From Desulfomicrobium sp. (lineage in GTDB: Bacteria; Desulfobacterota; Desulfovibrionia; Desulfovibrionales; Desulfomicrobiaceae): a DNA stretch of 64,000 nt. Of the stretch, positions 63,034 to 64,000 are shown in pieces (the first letter of the stretch is position 1; the number at the start of each line of letters is the position of its first letter). The notes under the pieces are model-generated. The model worked only from the letters and a program-made list of their open reading frames with translations. It was not told the DNA's origin and ran no database searches. The DNA is taken from the NCBI GenBank assembly GCA_040768745.1, contig JAXGMI010000001.1, positions 992,001-1,056,000 on the forward strand. Reading direction: 5' to 3'. A program made the position numbers and the translations under genes.

Positions 63034-64000
63034 CTAACGCATCCCTTCGGCTTCCTGTTCGAGCCGCACTGCCTCCAGCTCTGATGAGGCCATGCGGCTG
63101 TACAGGGAATCCGGGAAGAGCTGCCTGATGGCATGCAAGCTGGCCCGCCATTGGGCCATATTGCTGTTTTTTTTGAACAGGATTGCCTTCCGGTAGGCGT
63201 GGGCCGGCCATTCTGGGTCAGTTTCAGGGATGTACCCGTCGTACTCCAGGCTCCAGCCCAAGGCATCCTGATGACGCCCGCTCTTGTCCGCGGCCTGGAT
63301 CAGGAGTTCCAGGCAATCCTTGATCTTCGGAATATCGGTATTGTCTTTTTTCAGCAGATTCAAGGCTTCCTGGGCCACGATGTTGGCCTGTTCGAGGTCC
63401 CCGCCGGCCATGGATCCCTTGGCCAGAAAGTAGAGGGCGTAGCCCCGCTGGCCGTCGTTCAGATCCATGTTCGTGCCCAACCGGGTCCACAGGGGCCTGG
63501 CCTGAGCATGCTTTTCCAGATTCTCCAGGGCCAGGGCCTGGGCGTAGTCGATTTGCCGCTGCCGATCGGGGCTCAGCTTCCACGGGCCCGTCTTTTCCGC
63601 CAGTTCCAGGATGTCAGCCCACCGGCCGTGGTCGGTCAGGACTGCCAGGAGCAGGTCCAGGGCTGGCTCCGCATATCGACCTGGAGAGAGGCCTCCAAAG
63701 ACCAAGGGTTTGGCCATATCCAACGCCTGCGTGGTCTCCCCGGTCTGCATCAAGGCCACGGCAGTGGCCAGCCGGATACGTGGATCCATATCCCGGCCTT
63801 CAAAAAGGCGGCCATGGCTGTCCCAGTTTTGGACGACACCCTGGAAATCGCCGTTGGCCAAGTCGCGCTCGATCCAGTCCCCCAGGGCCTTGTCCGCCAC
63901 TTCCCTGGCCTTGGGCATGAGCTCGTGGCCGGGATAGTCGGCCTCGAACTGGCGGATGTCCTCCAGGCATTCGGCAAATCTGGATTTCCACATCCGCCAC
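63034..64000 (-). CDS. TPR-repeat protein, C-terminal part (5' end outside window)
   Basis: Helical A/L/Y-rich repeats (YAQALALE, YALYFLAK, F/Y-P-x-S turns); frame open to the window edge. Confidence 0.75.
   Translation of the reverse strand, partial: WRMWKSRFAECLEDIRQFEADYPGHELMPKAREVADKALGDWIERDLANGDFQGVVQNWDSHGRLFEGRDMDPRIRLATAVALMQTGETTQALDMAKPLVFGGLSPGRYAEPALDLLLAVLTDHGRWADILELAEKTGPWKLSPDRQRQIDYAQALALENLEKHAQARPLWTRLGTNMDLNDGQRGYALYFLAKGSMAGGDLEQANIVAQEALNLLKKDNTDIPKIKDCLELLIQAADKSGRHQDALGWSLEYDGYIPETDPEWPAHAYRKAILFKKNSNMAQWRASLHAIRQLFPDSLYSRMASSELEAVRLEQEAEGMR

Overview
A GC-rich, gene-dense chromosomal window from a sulfate-reducing deltaproteobacterium (Desulfovibrionales, most like Desulfomicrobium; inferred from gene content and order, not from a database search). 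It holds about 56 CDSs, mostly housekeeping and energy genes: recA-alaS, nfnAB, ricT-metG, lplA, rlmI, carB-purF-kdsD-ykgJ-mrcA, coaX-eno-folD, and a frdCAB-fumarase-malic enzyme operon. Transport and metal genes include an RND pair, a DUF4198-CbiM/L/Q/O Co/Ni ECF module, a DUF2318 plus MacB-type ABC unit and CopA. I found no rRNA, tRNA, CRISPR array, transposase, integrase or phage gene. The most notable signals are: (1) a 148-bp non-coding rod-shaped palindrome with perfect 22-bp terminal inverted repeats upstream of the malic enzyme gene, with a related 20-bp hairpin downstream of that gene; (2) a sigma54 promoter with palindromic enhancer sites ahead of the Cys-rich DUF2318/ABC operon; (3) a Rex-like palindrome before nfnAB; (4) substitutions in conserved motifs of CopA and a PP-loop tRNA enzyme; (5) visible patchiness in codon usage within genes. 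I cannot establish a clearly new biological system. The candidates are ranked in the findings.
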